This document shows positions 19,828 through 30,267 of a DNA stretch of 64,000 bases, one piece after another. Under the pieces are notes generated by a model, which had not been told where the DNA came from, made no database searches, and saw only the letters and a program-made list of their open reading frames with translations. The DNA comes from Kofleriaceae bacterium. GTDB lineage: Bacteria > Myxococcota_A > Polyangia > Haliangiales > Haliangiaceae. The stretch covers positions 1 to 64,000 of the forward strand of contig JBKJLC010000058.1 in assembly GCA_046597055.1 (NCBI GenBank), given 5' to 3'. A program made the position numbers and the translations under genes. How positions within the stretch are numbered: position 1 is the stretch's first letter; every line of letters starts with the position of its first letter.

Positions 19828-20730
19828 GTGAACCATCGCGCCCCGTCCTCCCCCGCGTCCGCCGCTGCCCGTCTGGGCACGATCGCCGCGGCCTCCGCTC
19901 TCTTGCTCGCGCTGGCCCCGTCGGTGGCCGCCGCCGACCGCGCCAACCCGCTCGACGATCAGCCCGCGGTCCGCCATCGCCTGCTGCTGGTGGCCAAGCG
20001 GTTCGAGCTGACCCCGCTGTTCGAGTCGACCCTCAACGCCGACTTCCGACACTTCCTCGGCGGGGGTCTCAAGCTCGAGTACCACCTGAGCGACATGCTC
20101 TCGATCGGCGCGCTCGGCGTGTACGCGACCTCGCTCGACACCAAGCTGGTCGACCGCCTGATGGGGTCGCTCGAGCCAGTCGACCCGTCGCAGGCGCCAG
20201 GCTCGATGGCCACCGAGGAGCAGATCCGGTCCGGCCTCAGTCGTGAGCCGTCGACGAAAGAGTTCGAGCAGCACCTGAACAAGATGCCCTTCCACGGGGC
20301 GGTCTACATCGGCGTGACGCCCTGGTACGGGAAGCTGGCGGCCTTCGGCAAGGCGTTCGTCAACTTCGACTTCTACTTCCAGGCCGGCTTCGGGTTCGCC
20401 CAGCTGACCTCGAGCTGCGACACCAACGTATGTACCGACATGGCCCCCGGCCAGGGCATGATGCCGGACGACAACCCCAACAACGACGCGCCGCTCAACA
20501 GTGGCTTTCGTCCCGGGCTTTACCTCGGCGGCGGTATCCATGTGTTCGTGAGCGACGCGATCGCGATCGACATGTCGATCCGGGACTACGCGTTCACCGA
20601 TAACCCGTCGGGCGCTGACTTCAACGCCGATCTCTACGTCGACGATAAGGACAGCCGCTTCCTGCACCACCTCTTCGCCGGCTTCGGCGTCTCGGTGATG
20701 CTGCCGTTCCAGGCCAAGCGCACCCCGTGA
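19828..20730 (+). CDS. Second myxobacterial outer-membrane beta-barrel protein (GltA/GltB-like)
   Basis: AVRHRLLLVAKRFELTP, LEYHLSD, TPWYGKLAAFG, DFYFQAGFG, FGVSVMLP; paralogous to the upstream gene; AGGAG RBS. Confidence 0.75.
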   Translation: MNHRAPSSPASAAARLGTIAAASALLLALAPSVAAADRANPLDDQPAVRHRLLLVAKRFELTPLFESTLNADFRHFLGGGLKLEYHLSDMLSIGALGVYATSLDTKLVDRLMGSLEPVDPSQAPGSMATEEQIRSGLSREPSTKEFEQHLNKMPFHGAVYIGVTPWYGKLAAFGKAFVNFDFYFQAGFGFAQLTSSCDTNVCTDMAPGQGMMPDDNPNNDAPLNSGFRPGLYLGGGIHVFVSDAIAIDMSIRDYAFTDNPSGADFNADLYVDDKDSRFLHHLFAGFGVSVMLPFQAKRTP

Positions 20731-20905
20731 CCCAGCCGGCGCGGTCGCGCTGATCGCGCCCCTGCTGGCTTGCCCGATGCCAACTGGGTTGGCAGGTTCG
20801 CAACAGGGTTGCGACGATCACGTCGAGACCGTGCGCGGCAGCGGCCCAGCGACCGAGACATCTCGGCCACCTGGGCCGCACCGCTTTTCGGACCATGGAT
20901 TGCTT

Positions 20906-21313
20906 ATGATGGCTGTCGTGGGACCCCGTCGACCAGCCACCCTCGCCACCCGCATCGTGGGCGCTGCCCTGGCCGCGCTGCTCGGGGCCGGCTGCGTCAC
21001 GCCTTCGATCCCGATCCCGCCGCCCGAGGCCGAGCTGATGACGTTCGCGATCGACACGACCGCGGGGACGGCAAGCTTCAGCTACGACAGCGAGCCGAGC
21101 TACGCCGACGCGATCGTCTACGTCTTCAACCGGACCCTGGGCTCCGGGATCATCACCACGGCGCGGCCAGATGGCAGTGTGGGCCCGACCCAGCCGTTCC
21201 CGGCGGCTCCGACCCAGAGCATCCGGATCACGTTCGAGACTGACGAGATCACCGTCGGGGCGTGTGTCGTGATCCAGGCCGACGGGACCGCGGCCCCGTT
21301 CTGCGGCCAGTAA
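20906..21313 (+). CDS. Small hypothetical lipoprotein
   Basis: Lipobox LGAGC followed by VTPSIPIPPP; small beta-rich domain with two further Cys. Confidence 0.7.
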   Translation: MMAVVGPRRPATLATRIVGAALAALLGAGCVTPSIPIPPPEAELMTFAIDTTAGTASFSYDSEPSYADAIVYVFNRTLGSGIITTARPDGSVGPTQPFPAAPTQSIRITFETDEITVGACVVIQADGTAAPFCGQ

Positions 21314-21341
21314 GGGCCCGCGAATGGGTTACCGGGTGGGC

Positions 21342-21881
21342 TCAGCGTGAGATCTCGGCGCGCCAGATGTCGAGAGGCATCGGCTCGAGCGTCATCTGCT
21401 CGGACCGGACGACCTCGCCGCGGCGGATGCCGAGCTCGACCCGCGTGCCGGGGCGACGCGAGCGGACCTGGTAGATCAGGTCTTCGGCATCGGCGATGGT
21501 CGTGCCGTCGACGCGGGTGATCACGTCGCCGGGTGCGAGGCCGTGGGCAGCCGCCGGCGAGCCCGGACGGACGACCCGGACCCACGCGCCGGTCGCGGGA
21601 CCATCGCCGCGGACGCCGACGCCGACCCACGCCGGGGTCGCGTGCACGGCGCGCGTGCAGGTCTGGTGGACCACGCGGGCTGACGAACTCGCCACCGGGA
21701 TCGATGCGAACATCGTCCCCGCCATGGCAAAGCCCAGGGCCACGCCGGCCATGGAACAAATCGTTGCGAGCGCGGCCAGGCGGCCGCGATCAGAGGTGGG
21801 ACGGAGTGCTTCGCGGTGGAGCACGGGAACGGTGGCCCCCTCGCCGCCGCCGCCGTCCTGTGATTCCGGGAGAACGGTCAT
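21342..21881 (-). CDS. Membrane-anchored PDZ domain protein
   Basis: One TM helix, then WVGVGV...VRVVRPGSPAAAHGLAPGDVITRVDG; no protease domain. Confidence 0.85.
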   Translation of the reverse strand: MTVLPESQDGGGGEGATVPVLHREALRPTSDRGRLAALATICSMAGVALGFAMAGTMFASIPVASSSARVVHQTCTRAVHATPAWVGVGVRGDGPATGAWVRVVRPGSPAAAHGLAPGDVITRVDGTTIADAEDLIYQVRSRRPGTRVELGIRRGEVVRSEQMTLEPMPLDIWRAEISR

Positions 21882-22159
21882 TGAATGCCTCGCTGTTGCG
21901 GCTGTTACTTCTTTTATGCGCGGTTCGATTCCCGCCGGCAAGCGAAACTCGATCGGCGTGCGCGGCGACGTGCGACGCGTCGCGCGATGCACGGAGTCTT
22001 CCGAGGTCGCGCGGAAGGTTGGGCTCAAACGATGGGCGCGATGAAGTCAGACCTCGCACCCCCGTTCGCTCGCCGCGACCCGGCGCGGGCAGCGACCGGT
22101 CGCACCGAGGCCTCCGACCGGGTACGACCGGCGCCCACCCCGTGCTAGCCTAGGCAGCC

Positions 22160-25100
22160 TTGGCAATCACGCGGCCCAAGGTCCGCCTGCGTCGCTGGCT
22201 GGCGGCGATCGGGCTCAGCCTCACGGTGCTGCTCAGCTCGGCGATCGCCATCGTGCGTATCGAGTTCGAGGGTCCGGATCTCGCCGAGAACATCTGCGAG
22301 ATGCTGAACACCCGCATGCGCGGCCGCATCGCGATCGCGTCGATCGAGTGGCCGATGTCGGCGCTCGGCAAGGTGGTGACCGGCGGCTGGGTGCCGGTCA
22401 CGCTGCACGGGGTCGAGGTGTGGGATGGGCGCGACGAGGACGCCGAGAGCATCCTGCGGACCGAGCGGGTCACCGCCGAGCTCGACCTGCACTCGCTGAT
22501 GGTGGGCCGCCACGACTTCGTGATCCGCAAGCTCCACGTGCATGGGGGCCGCGCGGTGCTGCGCGAGATCACCGAGCCCTATCCGCTGCACGACTACGAC
22601 CAGACGGTGTTCAGCATCATCGCGGCGTTCTACGGCGAGCGCGCGGCCGGCTTCCACGCGGGGGTGTTCGCCGCGTCCTCGCCGCTGTGGGACATCCGCG
22701 ACTACATGGTCGAGGGGCTCGAGCTCGAGATCCGGGCCAAGCCGCTCGACACCAAGGCGAACTCGTACCTGTTCCGCGCCAGCTTCCAGGACGTGTCGAC
22801 CAAGGGGTTCCTGTTCATGGACCCGTCCGACCCGCTGGTTTCCAAGTTCTACTTCTCGCTGGCCCCCAAGGGCGGGCGCGGCCAGGTCGACCTCTATTAC
22901 GAGAAGAGCCCGTCGGGCGGGTGGAAGCCCAAGGGGCTGTACTCGTTCCCGATCGAGAGCCTCGAGGTGAAGCGCCTGGCCCAGCTGCCGAGCGGCTGGC
23001 CGTCGGACCCGGTCGCCAACAGCCTCGCCTTCGACCTGTCGATCCAGTCGCTTGACGAGGCCAGGATCCGCGTGCGCGGCGCCATGATCGACTACTGGGA
23101 CACGCCCTACGGCGGCACCTGGGACGTCAACCTGTCGGTCGAGAACGGCGGCCTGCTGGTCAACCGATCGATCGATCCCGACGCGGGCGGCGACGACGTG
23201 CGCCTCGAGGCCCAGGTGAGCGGGCCGATCGTCTTCTACCCGAGCGTCGCCATCAAGGCCGCGGGCCTGACCTACGAGATCGTCGCGCTCGAGCCGCCGC
23301 TCCAGCTCGCGCTCGACACGCTGACCGGCGTGTACGACCTCGCGGTCGACGAGGGCTCGATCGACGAGTTCATCGCGCGTGGCACCGGCGCGGTCGGTGG
23401 CGAGGTGCGCATCTCGGCCAAGTTCGGCGGCGACGGCTCGGACCTGTCGCCGTTCTGGGTCGACTCCAACGTCGACATCCGCAAGCCCGTCGAAATGGAG
23501 AGCTACCTGCCGGCGCCGCTGGCGGGCGCGGTGGGCACCCGCCTCAAGGGCCAGTTCCACGCGCTGCGCCGCAAGGGCGACACCAGCTACGGCATCTCGG
23601 TCGACCAGATCGACCTGTCGCTGGGCAAGCTGACCGTGACCGACGGCCAGATCTACCTCGACAAGTCGCTCGACAAGATCCTGCTCGACAACGTGCGGCT
23701 CGCGATGCCCGGCTTCAGCGGCACCATCCGCTGCACGGTCTACACCGGCACCGACGAGCTCCGCTTCGACGACGACGACTGCACGGCGAAGGTCGAGGTC
23801 GGCAGCTTCCAGCAGCTGGCCCGCGCGTTCTCCAAGGCCCCGCCGGCGGCCCCACCCCCGCCGGCCAGGCCGCGGGCACGGGCCACCGCCCAGCCGCGAG
23901 GCGGCGCCCCGCTCCGACGGATGCGCGCGCGCCGGGTCCGCCATGCGCAGCCTGCGGCCACGCCGACCCGCGCACCCGCGACGCCGGCGGCACCACCGAC
24001 CCGGGCCACGAAGCCCAGCACCAGCGGCAAGGGCACCATCAAGATCGGCGGCAGCCTGTCCAACCCCCGGTTCGACGCCGGCCTCGACTTCGACGACGTC
24101 CCGCTGCTCGGCAAGCTGCGCGGGACCTTCCGCTACGAGGGGGACTCGGTCGTGATCGACCACGCGGTCTCGACCAGCCTGGGGGGCCGGGTCCGGATCC
24201 GCGGGCCGGTGCGGCTGGAGCCCTCGGTCCGCCTCGACGGGGTCCGGATCGACGCCACCAGCATCGATCTGGCCCGGGTCGATGCGATCCGCGGGGTGGT
24301 CGGCAAGGCGTCGGCCCAGCTGGTGCTGCGGGGCGCGCCCGAGCTCCGCCAGCTGGTGGTGTCGGGCTGGGTGTGCTCGAACCGGGTGGTCGCGCTCGGC
24401 GACGCGCTCACCGACCTCGGCGTCTGGCTCAACCGTGCGCCCGAGAAGCTGACGTGCGCGGCCGCGGCGCCGCCCGCGCGCACCGCGAGCATGGACGCCT
24501 GCCTGAAGGTCGGGGCCGCCGGCGGCCGATGCGCGATCGCGCGGGCCCGGCGCGAGGCCGGCGGCGAGGTCCTGCTGGTCGCCAGCGCCGACCGCAACCA
24601 GCGGCTCGGCGGCGAGCTGAGCCTCGAGCGGATGCCGCTGCCCGCGCTGCTGGCCCTGGCCGGCGTGCGAGCGCCGGTCGGCGCGGTGGTCGACGCCAGC
24701 AGCCTGCGCCTGGGCGGCAACCTCGACGCGCCCACCATCGACGGCACCCTGCGCATGAGCCGGACCTGGCTCGAGCGCGGCTATCTGGGCGATGGCGAGC
24801 TCACCGTGCGCGCCGATGGGCCCGGCCAGGTCCAGCTGACCGGCAGCTTCCTCGACGGCCGGGTCACCGTGACCGGCAAGCTCGCCACCCGCGCGCCCTA
24901 CGCGATCGAGCTCACCGCCGCGCTCTCGCACGTCGAGCTCGACACCTTCATCGACCCGCTGCACTTCGGGCTCCCGCGCGACGCGCACGCCTGGGTGTCG
25001 GGGCGGATCAAGGTCGCGACCCGGCTCGGCGATCCGAGCGCGCCGCTCACCGCCAACCTCGATCTCGACGACGTGGCGATCTCGGCGACGGTGCCCGGCC

Positions 25101-27106
25101 CCGACGGCCGGCCGCTGCCGCTGTCGATCCGCGCGGCGGCGCCGATCGCGCTGATCTACGACGGCACCACCGCGCGGCTGGTGCAGCCGGCGCAGCTGGC
25201 GACCCCGTTCGGCGTCATCACCGTCCAGGGCTCGGCCAGCCCGGCCCAGCTCGATCTGGCCGCGACCGGGCGCCTCGACCTGGCCAGCGCGCAGCCGCTC
25301 GGCGCGCGGCTGTTCGACCGGATGCGGGGCGGGGTCGACCTCACCGCCCGGGTCACCGGCTCGATCGTGCAGCCGCGCGCGCAGCTGAGCCTCGACCTCG
25401 ACCAGGTCGAGCTTGACCTCGCCCGCCAGGACGCGGTGCTGATCATCCCCGGCGGCCGCATCGCGCTCGACCGCGGCGCGCTGTCGATCACCGGCGTCTC
25501 GGTCGCGGTCAAGGGCGGCGACGCGGGGGCGGACCCGGACGCGGAGTCCGCGCTGTGGATCCGCGGCGGCGTGTCGCTGGACGGGCTCACCCCGATCAAC
25601 TGGGCCGTCATCATCAGCGGCGCGCTGCCGGGCGAGATGTTGCTCGCGTTCGCGCCCGAGGCGTTCTCGCAGGCGTCGGGCACCGCCGACCTGCAGATCG
25701 AGCTGGAGGGCAAAGGCCCGACGCCGCAGGTCCGCGGCGAGCTGCTGTTCGCCCGCGACCCCGACGGGCCGCGCCGGCGGCCGCTGAGCCTGCTGCCGCG
25801 CGCGCTGCGCCGCGAGGTGACCTTCGACGACGGCACGGTCTCGTTCCGCGGCGAGCGGGCCTCGGATCTGACGATCGAGCTGAGCGGGGTCACCGGCACG
25901 ATCGATCACGTCGGCCGCCTGACCGCGGTCGATGGGACCGTCGAGCTCCAGGCCGGCGCGGTCACCGCGGCCTCGCTGGTGGCCTCGGCACAGGGCCTGC
26001 CGTTCCGCATCCAGCGCACCCTCGACCTCGTGGTCGACGTCGACCAGCTCGAGGTCGAGCTGGCCAATCGCGACCTGACGCTGGCCGGGCAGATCAAGGT
26101 CGTCTCGGGACGCTACACGCGCAACTTCGACCTCGGCGCGGCGCTCATTCCGTCGGAGGCGACCGGCGTCACCGCCACGCCGTTCTGGGAGTCGTCGCCG
26201 ACGCTCGCCAACGCGCAGCTCGACCTGGCGATCGACACCCGCAAGTTCGCGGTGGTGAACAACCTCGCCAACGTCGACCTCGAGGGCAACGTCACCGTCA
26301 CCGGGACCCCCCAGGATCCGCGCTTCGACGGCGAGATCCGGGTGTCGCGCGGCACCTTCACCATCACCGGCGTGCGGGCCCGGTTCACCCGGACCACCGG
26401 CAACGTGACGTTCGAGCCGACCGTGCGGTTCCCGTCAGCGACGCCCGAGCTGAACATCCGCAGCGAGGCCGACTACCGCGATCCGAGCGGCCAGGACCAC
26501 CTGGTGACGTTGACGATCCGGGGCAACCTGACCCGGCTCTCGTGGGACCTGACCACGGCGTCCGGCTTCAACAAGGCCCAGACCCTGGTGCTGATCTTCT
26601 CCGGACGCGCGCCCGACGACGTGCGCCGCAGCCTGGGCGACAACGCGATCAGCGACCCGACCCGGATCGATCCCTCGACCAGCAGCTCGCAAGGGTTGAC
26701 CGACGAGCTGGTGAAGGACCTCGCCAGCACCCAGCTCGAGAAGTGGGTGGGCAACACGCTGCGCGATCTATCCGGCCTCGACGTCGCGCGGATCGAGCTC
26801 AACTTCGGCTCGCTGGGCGTCCACGGCGAGAAGCGCCTCCTGGAGAACGTCGGGTTGATCGGCGATCTCGAGCGCACCAACCGCGGCTCGACCGCCAGCG
26901 GCCGCCTCGAGCTGCGGCTGCCGCCCCAGGCCTTCAAGCAGTTGCCGCCGCTGCGCTGGCTCCCCGGCTGGGCGCGCGGCAACGAAAACGTCACGTCGCT
27001 GGCCGGCGAGTTCCGGTTGCTGAGCAAGAACTACGATGATGCCGCGGAACGCGATATCAACGACGTCGAGCTCAAGGCGGTGGTCCGCGTGCTGCTCGCT
27101 CGCTGA
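22160..27106 (+). CDS. TamB/AsmA-like translocation and assembly module protein
   Basis: 1648 aa, N-terminal TM anchor, long amphipathic beta-strand repeats, DUF490-like C-terminus (LEGNVTVTGTPQDPRFDGEIRVSRG); coupled to an Omp85 gene. Confidence 0.85.
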   Translation: MAITRPKVRLRRWLAAIGLSLTVLLSSAIAIVRIEFEGPDLAENICEMLNTRMRGRIAIASIEWPMSALGKVVTGGWVPVTLHGVEVWDGRDEDAESILRTERVTAELDLHSLMVGRHDFVIRKLHVHGGRAVLREITEPYPLHDYDQTVFSIIAAFYGERAAGFHAGVFAASSPLWDIRDYMVEGLELEIRAKPLDTKANSYLFRASFQDVSTKGFLFMDPSDPLVSKFYFSLAPKGGRGQVDLYYEKSPSGGWKPKGLYSFPIESLEVKRLAQLPSGWPSDPVANSLAFDLSIQSLDEARIRVRGAMIDYWDTPYGGTWDVNLSVENGGLLVNRSIDPDAGGDDVRLEAQVSGPIVFYPSVAIKAAGLTYEIVALEPPLQLALDTLTGVYDLAVDEGSIDEFIARGTGAVGGEVRISAKFGGDGSDLSPFWVDSNVDIRKPVEMESYLPAPLAGAVGTRLKGQFHALRRKGDTSYGISVDQIDLSLGKLTVTDGQIYLDKSLDKILLDNVRLAMPGFSGTIRCTVYTGTDELRFDDDDCTAKVEVGSFQQLARAFSKAPPAAPPPPARPRARATAQPRGGAPLRRMRARRVRHAQPAATPTRAPATPAAPPTRATKPSTSGKGTIKIGGSLSNPRFDAGLDFDDVPLLGKLRGTFRYEGDSVVIDHAVSTSLGGRVRIRGPVRLEPSVRLDGVRIDATSIDLARVDAIRGVVGKASAQLVLRGAPELRQLVVSGWVCSNRVVALGDALTDLGVWLNRAPEKLTCAAAAPPARTASMDACLKVGAAGGRCAIARARREAGGEVLLVASADRNQRLGGELSLERMPLPALLALAGVRAPVGAVVDASSLRLGGNLDAPTIDGTLRMSRTWLERGYLGDGELTVRADGPGQVQLTGSFLDGRVTVTGKLATRAPYAIELTAALSHVELDTFIDPLHFGLPRDAHAWVSGRIKVATRLGDPSAPLTANLDLDDVAISATVPGPDGRPLPLSIRAAAPIALIYDGTTARLVQPAQLATPFGVITVQGSASPAQLDLAATGRLDLASAQPLGARLFDRMRGGVDLTARVTGSIVQPRAQLSLDLDQVELDLARQDAVLIIPGGRIALDRGALSITGVSVAVKGGDAGADPDAESALWIRGGVSLDGLTPINWAVIISGALPGEMLLAFAPEAFSQASGTADLQIELEGKGPTPQVRGELLFARDPDGPRRRPLSLLPRALRREVTFDDGTVSFRGERASDLTIELSGVTGTIDHVGRLTAVDGTVELQAGAVTAASLVASAQGLPFRIQRTLDLVVDVDQLEVELANRDLTLAGQIKVVSGRYTRNFDLGAALIPSEATGVTATPFWESSPTLANAQLDLAIDTRKFAVVNNLANVDLEGNVTVTGTPQDPRFDGEIRVSRGTFTITGVRARFTRTTGNVTFEPTVRFPSATPELNIRSEADYRDPSGQDHLVTLTIRGNLTRLSWDLTTASGFNKAQTLVLIFSGRAPDDVRRSLGDNAISDPTRIDPSTSSSQGLTDELVKDLASTQLEKWVGNTLRDLSGLDVARIELNFGSLGVHGEKRLLENVGLIGDLERTNRGSTASGRLELRLPPQAFKQLPPLRWLPGWARGNENVTSLAGEFRLLSKNYDDAAERDINDVELKAVVRVLLAR

Positions 27107-30100
27107 TGCGTCGTCTCGCCTCCCCCGCCACCCGCGTCATGACCCGGCTCCTCGGGCTGGCGGTCGTCCTCGGGCTCGACCTCGGCGGGGCCCGGGCCCA
27201 GCCGGCCCCGCCTGCGGTGCCGGTCGCGCCGGTCGAGACCGGGGCCGCGGTACCCGAGCTGATCCCGCCGGCGCCGCCGCCGCCACAGTGGAGCGCGTGG
27301 GAGATCGCGGGGGTGTTGATCGATCCGCCCGAGCGCCTGCGCGCGATGCTCGAGCCCGAGCTGCGCCAGCGCCGGTCGCTGACCCCGACCGCGCGCACCG
27401 AGCTGGCCGCGATCGTCCGGCGGCTCGGCTACGCGCTCGACCTGCAGACCCGGCCCGCGACCCAGGGCGGCGTGCGGGTCACGTTGGTGCTCGATCCGAT
27501 CGTGGTGGTCCGCTGGATCGACGTGCGGCTCAAGCAGCGGTTGCTGGACGTGCTGCTCGACGACGAGATCCGGCGCCGGCTGCAGCTCCGGGCCGGCGCC
27601 GGGCTGCCGCCCGACCCGATCGTGCGCAAGGCGCTGATCGACGACGACATCAAGCGAGCCACCGCGTTCCTGCGCGACGAGGGCTTCTTCGAAGCCACCG
27701 TGGTGATCGCCGTCGAGCGCGTCGGTGCCTACGGCGCCGAGGTCCTGGTCGCGGTCGACCTGGGGCCCAGCTACCGGCTCGGCCGGGTCCGGGTCGTCAA
27801 CCAGACCGCGGCGACCGATCTGGCGGTGACCGAGGCCGAGATCGGCGCGGCGTTCGATCGCGGCAGCGCGTGCTTCTGGGGCCGGTGCCGCTTCACCCGC
27901 AGCCAGTTCCAGGAGGATCTCGCCGAGGTGGCCGCGCTGTTCCAGCGCCGCGGGTATCCGTCGGTGCGGGTCGAGAGTGACTTCAACCCGCTGTGGTCGT
28001 TCGATCGCCGCCGCGAGCGGGTCGATGTCACGGTCTCGATCGACCAGCGCCAGAAGCTCGACATCGTGTTCGAGGGCAACGACACCGCGCTGTTCCCCGA
28101 CGACGAGCTCCAGAAGCAGCTCACCTTCGCGGACGCCGGCGCCGCCGACGACTACGAGGTGACCGGGTCAGCCCGCGCGCTCGAGAGCTTCTACCAGTCG
28201 CGCGGCTACTTCGACGTCATCGTCACCAGCGAGCGGGTCCGGCTCGACGGCTTCGAGCGCGTGGTCTACCGGATCGAGCCGGGCCAGCAGCGCACGACCC
28301 GGTCGGTCGAGATCGCCTGCCGCGCCGACGACGGCGTCCGGCGCTGCTCGGTGCCGGTGTCCGGCCTGCTCGAGACGGTCGCCACCGAGCCGGGCGGTCG
28401 CGCGCTGTCTGGCCAGCTCACCGCCGACGTGGCAGCGCTCGAGCAGGTCTACCGCGGCCAGGGCTTCCAGCGCGCGACCGTCACGGTCGCGGTCGCGCCG
28501 ACCCCGGCCGGCTGGCGGGCCGCCGCGATCGCCGCGGCTCAGGCGGTGGCCGAGCAGCGCCCGCGCGATCTCCACGTCCGGTTCGTGGTCGACGAGGGCC
28601 CGCGCACCGTGATCGAGGCGGTCCACGTGGTGTTCGAGGGCCAGGCCGCGGGTCGGGCCAGCATCGCCGACGAGGAGCAGGTGCGGCGCCGGCTCGGGAT
28701 CGCGCCGGGCGACGACCACGTCCCCGCCAAGCTGGCCGGGGCCGCCAAGGAGCTCGAGGGCTGGTACCGCGGGCTGGGCCGGCCCCACGCGCGGGTGACG
28801 ATCGCGGAGCCCATCGCGGGCCGCGGCGTCAACACCGTGGTGCTGACGGTCACGGTCGAAGAGCGCCACGAGGTGCGGATGGGCGAGCTGATCATCCGAG
28901 GCAACTTCCGGACCCGCGAGTGGGTCGTGCGCGACGAGCTCGGCATCGTGCCGGGCTCGCTGGTGACCGACGACGTCATCGCCGGCGCGCCGCGCCGCCT
29001 GCGCGCGACCAACCTGTTCAACTCGGTCGAGGTCGAGCTGATCGGCTTCGAGGACGACCGGGCCCGCGACGTCGTCCACGGCGTGGTCCAGGTGGTCGAG
29101 CGCCAGGACGCGTTCGAAGAGCTCGAGCTCGAGCTGGGGTACTCGCTCGAGAACGGCGGGTTCGTGCGGGCCCGGCCGATCGTGCCCAACCTCGGCGGCG
29201 TCGGCATCCGGTTCGAGACCGCGCTCACGATGGGCACCCAGTACCAGGCGGTCGAGGGCTTGGCCCGGATCCCGCGCTGGATCGCGCGACGCTACCTCGG
29301 CGCAACCTTCGACACCGAGCTGGTCGGCTACGTCCGCAACCAGCTGACCGAGCGGTTCGGCGAGCTGTTCACGGCCGGCGCGTCGATCGCGGCGTTGCGC
29401 AGCTGGAACCGGCCGCGCACCGACAGCCAGGGCGCCCGGCTGGTCACCGCAGCCTTGCGCTACGACTTCCGCCTGCGCAGCCGCGACGAGGAGCTGGTGC
29501 GCCCGCCCGGCCTGGCCGGGGATCTGACCACCAACCCGATCCGGACCCGGACCGGCACGGTGGGCCTCACCCTGACCTGGGACCAGCGGCGCGGCCTCGA
29601 TGGCAACCTCAACCCGCTGGCGCCCCACCACGGGTTCCGGCTCGAGGCCGGCGCCGCGATCGCCAGCCCGTACCTCCTCGGCCAGGACACCTTCGTCAAG
29701 GTCAACGGGCTCGGCCAGGCGCTGACCACCCACGGCCGCCTGCAGCTCCGGGCCGATGTCCGGTTCGACCAGGGCTTCCCGCTGCGCGGCAGCGTGCTGC
29801 TGCCCGAGGTCGAGCGGTACTTCGCTGGCGGTGACGACACCGTGCGCGGCTTCGAGGAGGACCGGTTGGCGACCGAGATCATCGAGCATCCGGTCCCGCC
29901 CCTCGGTGAAACCACCCAGATCCGGGTCCTGCCGGCCGGCGGCAACATCCGCGCGCTGGCCTCGGTCGACGCCCAGCTGACGGTGTGGAAGGTCGGCAGC
30001 TTCCCGATCGCCTCGGCGCTGTTCGTCGACGCCGGCGTGATCACCAACCTGTGGACCTCGTTCAGTCCCGACGACATCCGGCCGGCCGCGGGCTCGGCGG

Positions 30101-30216
30101 TGCGCCTGCTCCTGCCCATCGGTGCCGCCTCGGTCGAGTACGCGGTGCCCCTGGAGCCCCGAAAAGGCGACAATCCGCGGGGTCGGCTCCATCTGGCGCT
30201 CGCCCTCCGGTATTGA
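27106..30216 (+). CDS. Omp85-family (TamA/BamA-like) protein with POTRA domains
   Basis: POTRA motifs (IIRGNFRTREWVVRDEL, LRATNLFNSV), ERYFAGGDDTVRGF lid motif, C-terminal aromatic residue. Confidence 0.92.
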   Translation: MRRLASPATRVMTRLLGLAVVLGLDLGGARAQPAPPAVPVAPVETGAAVPELIPPAPPPPQWSAWEIAGVLIDPPERLRAMLEPELRQRRSLTPTARTELAAIVRRLGYALDLQTRPATQGGVRVTLVLDPIVVVRWIDVRLKQRLLDVLLDDEIRRRLQLRAGAGLPPDPIVRKALIDDDIKRATAFLRDEGFFEATVVIAVERVGAYGAEVLVAVDLGPSYRLGRVRVVNQTAATDLAVTEAEIGAAFDRGSACFWGRCRFTRSQFQEDLAEVAALFQRRGYPSVRVESDFNPLWSFDRRRERVDVTVSIDQRQKLDIVFEGNDTALFPDDELQKQLTFADAGAADDYEVTGSARALESFYQSRGYFDVIVTSERVRLDGFERVVYRIEPGQQRTTRSVEIACRADDGVRRCSVPVSGLLETVATEPGGRALSGQLTADVAALEQVYRGQGFQRATVTVAVAPTPAGWRAAAIAAAQAVAEQRPRDLHVRFVVDEGPRTVIEAVHVVFEGQAAGRASIADEEQVRRRLGIAPGDDHVPAKLAGAAKELEGWYRGLGRPHARVTIAEPIAGRGVNTVVLTVTVEERHEVRMGELIIRGNFRTREWVVRDELGIVPGSLVTDDVIAGAPRRLRATNLFNSVEVELIGFEDDRARDVVHGVVQVVERQDAFEELELELGYSLENGGFVRARPIVPNLGGVGIRFETALTMGTQYQAVEGLARIPRWIARRYLGATFDTELVGYVRNQLTERFGELFTAGASIAALRSWNRPRTDSQGARLVTAALRYDFRLRSRDEELVRPPGLAGDLTTNPIRTRTGTVGLTLTWDQRRGLDGNLNPLAPHHGFRLEAGAAIASPYLLGQDTFVKVNGLGQALTTHGRLQLRADVRFDQGFPLRGSVLLPEVERYFAGGDDTVRGFEEDRLATEIIEHPVPPLGETTQIRVLPAGGNIRALASVDAQLTVWKVGSFPIASALFVDAGVITNLWTSFSPDDIRPAAGSAVRLLLPIGAASVEYAVPLEPRKGDNPRGRLHLALALRY

Positions 30217-30242
30217 CGCCGGCGCCGGGGCTTGCCAATACT
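30213..30242 (+). promoter_or_regulatory. Putative sigma70 promoter for the small basic ORF
   Basis: TTGACG-N18-AATACT, followed by an AAGGAG RBS. Confidence 0.5.
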
Positions 30243-30267
30243 CCGCGCTTCCCCAAGGAGCTACAGC

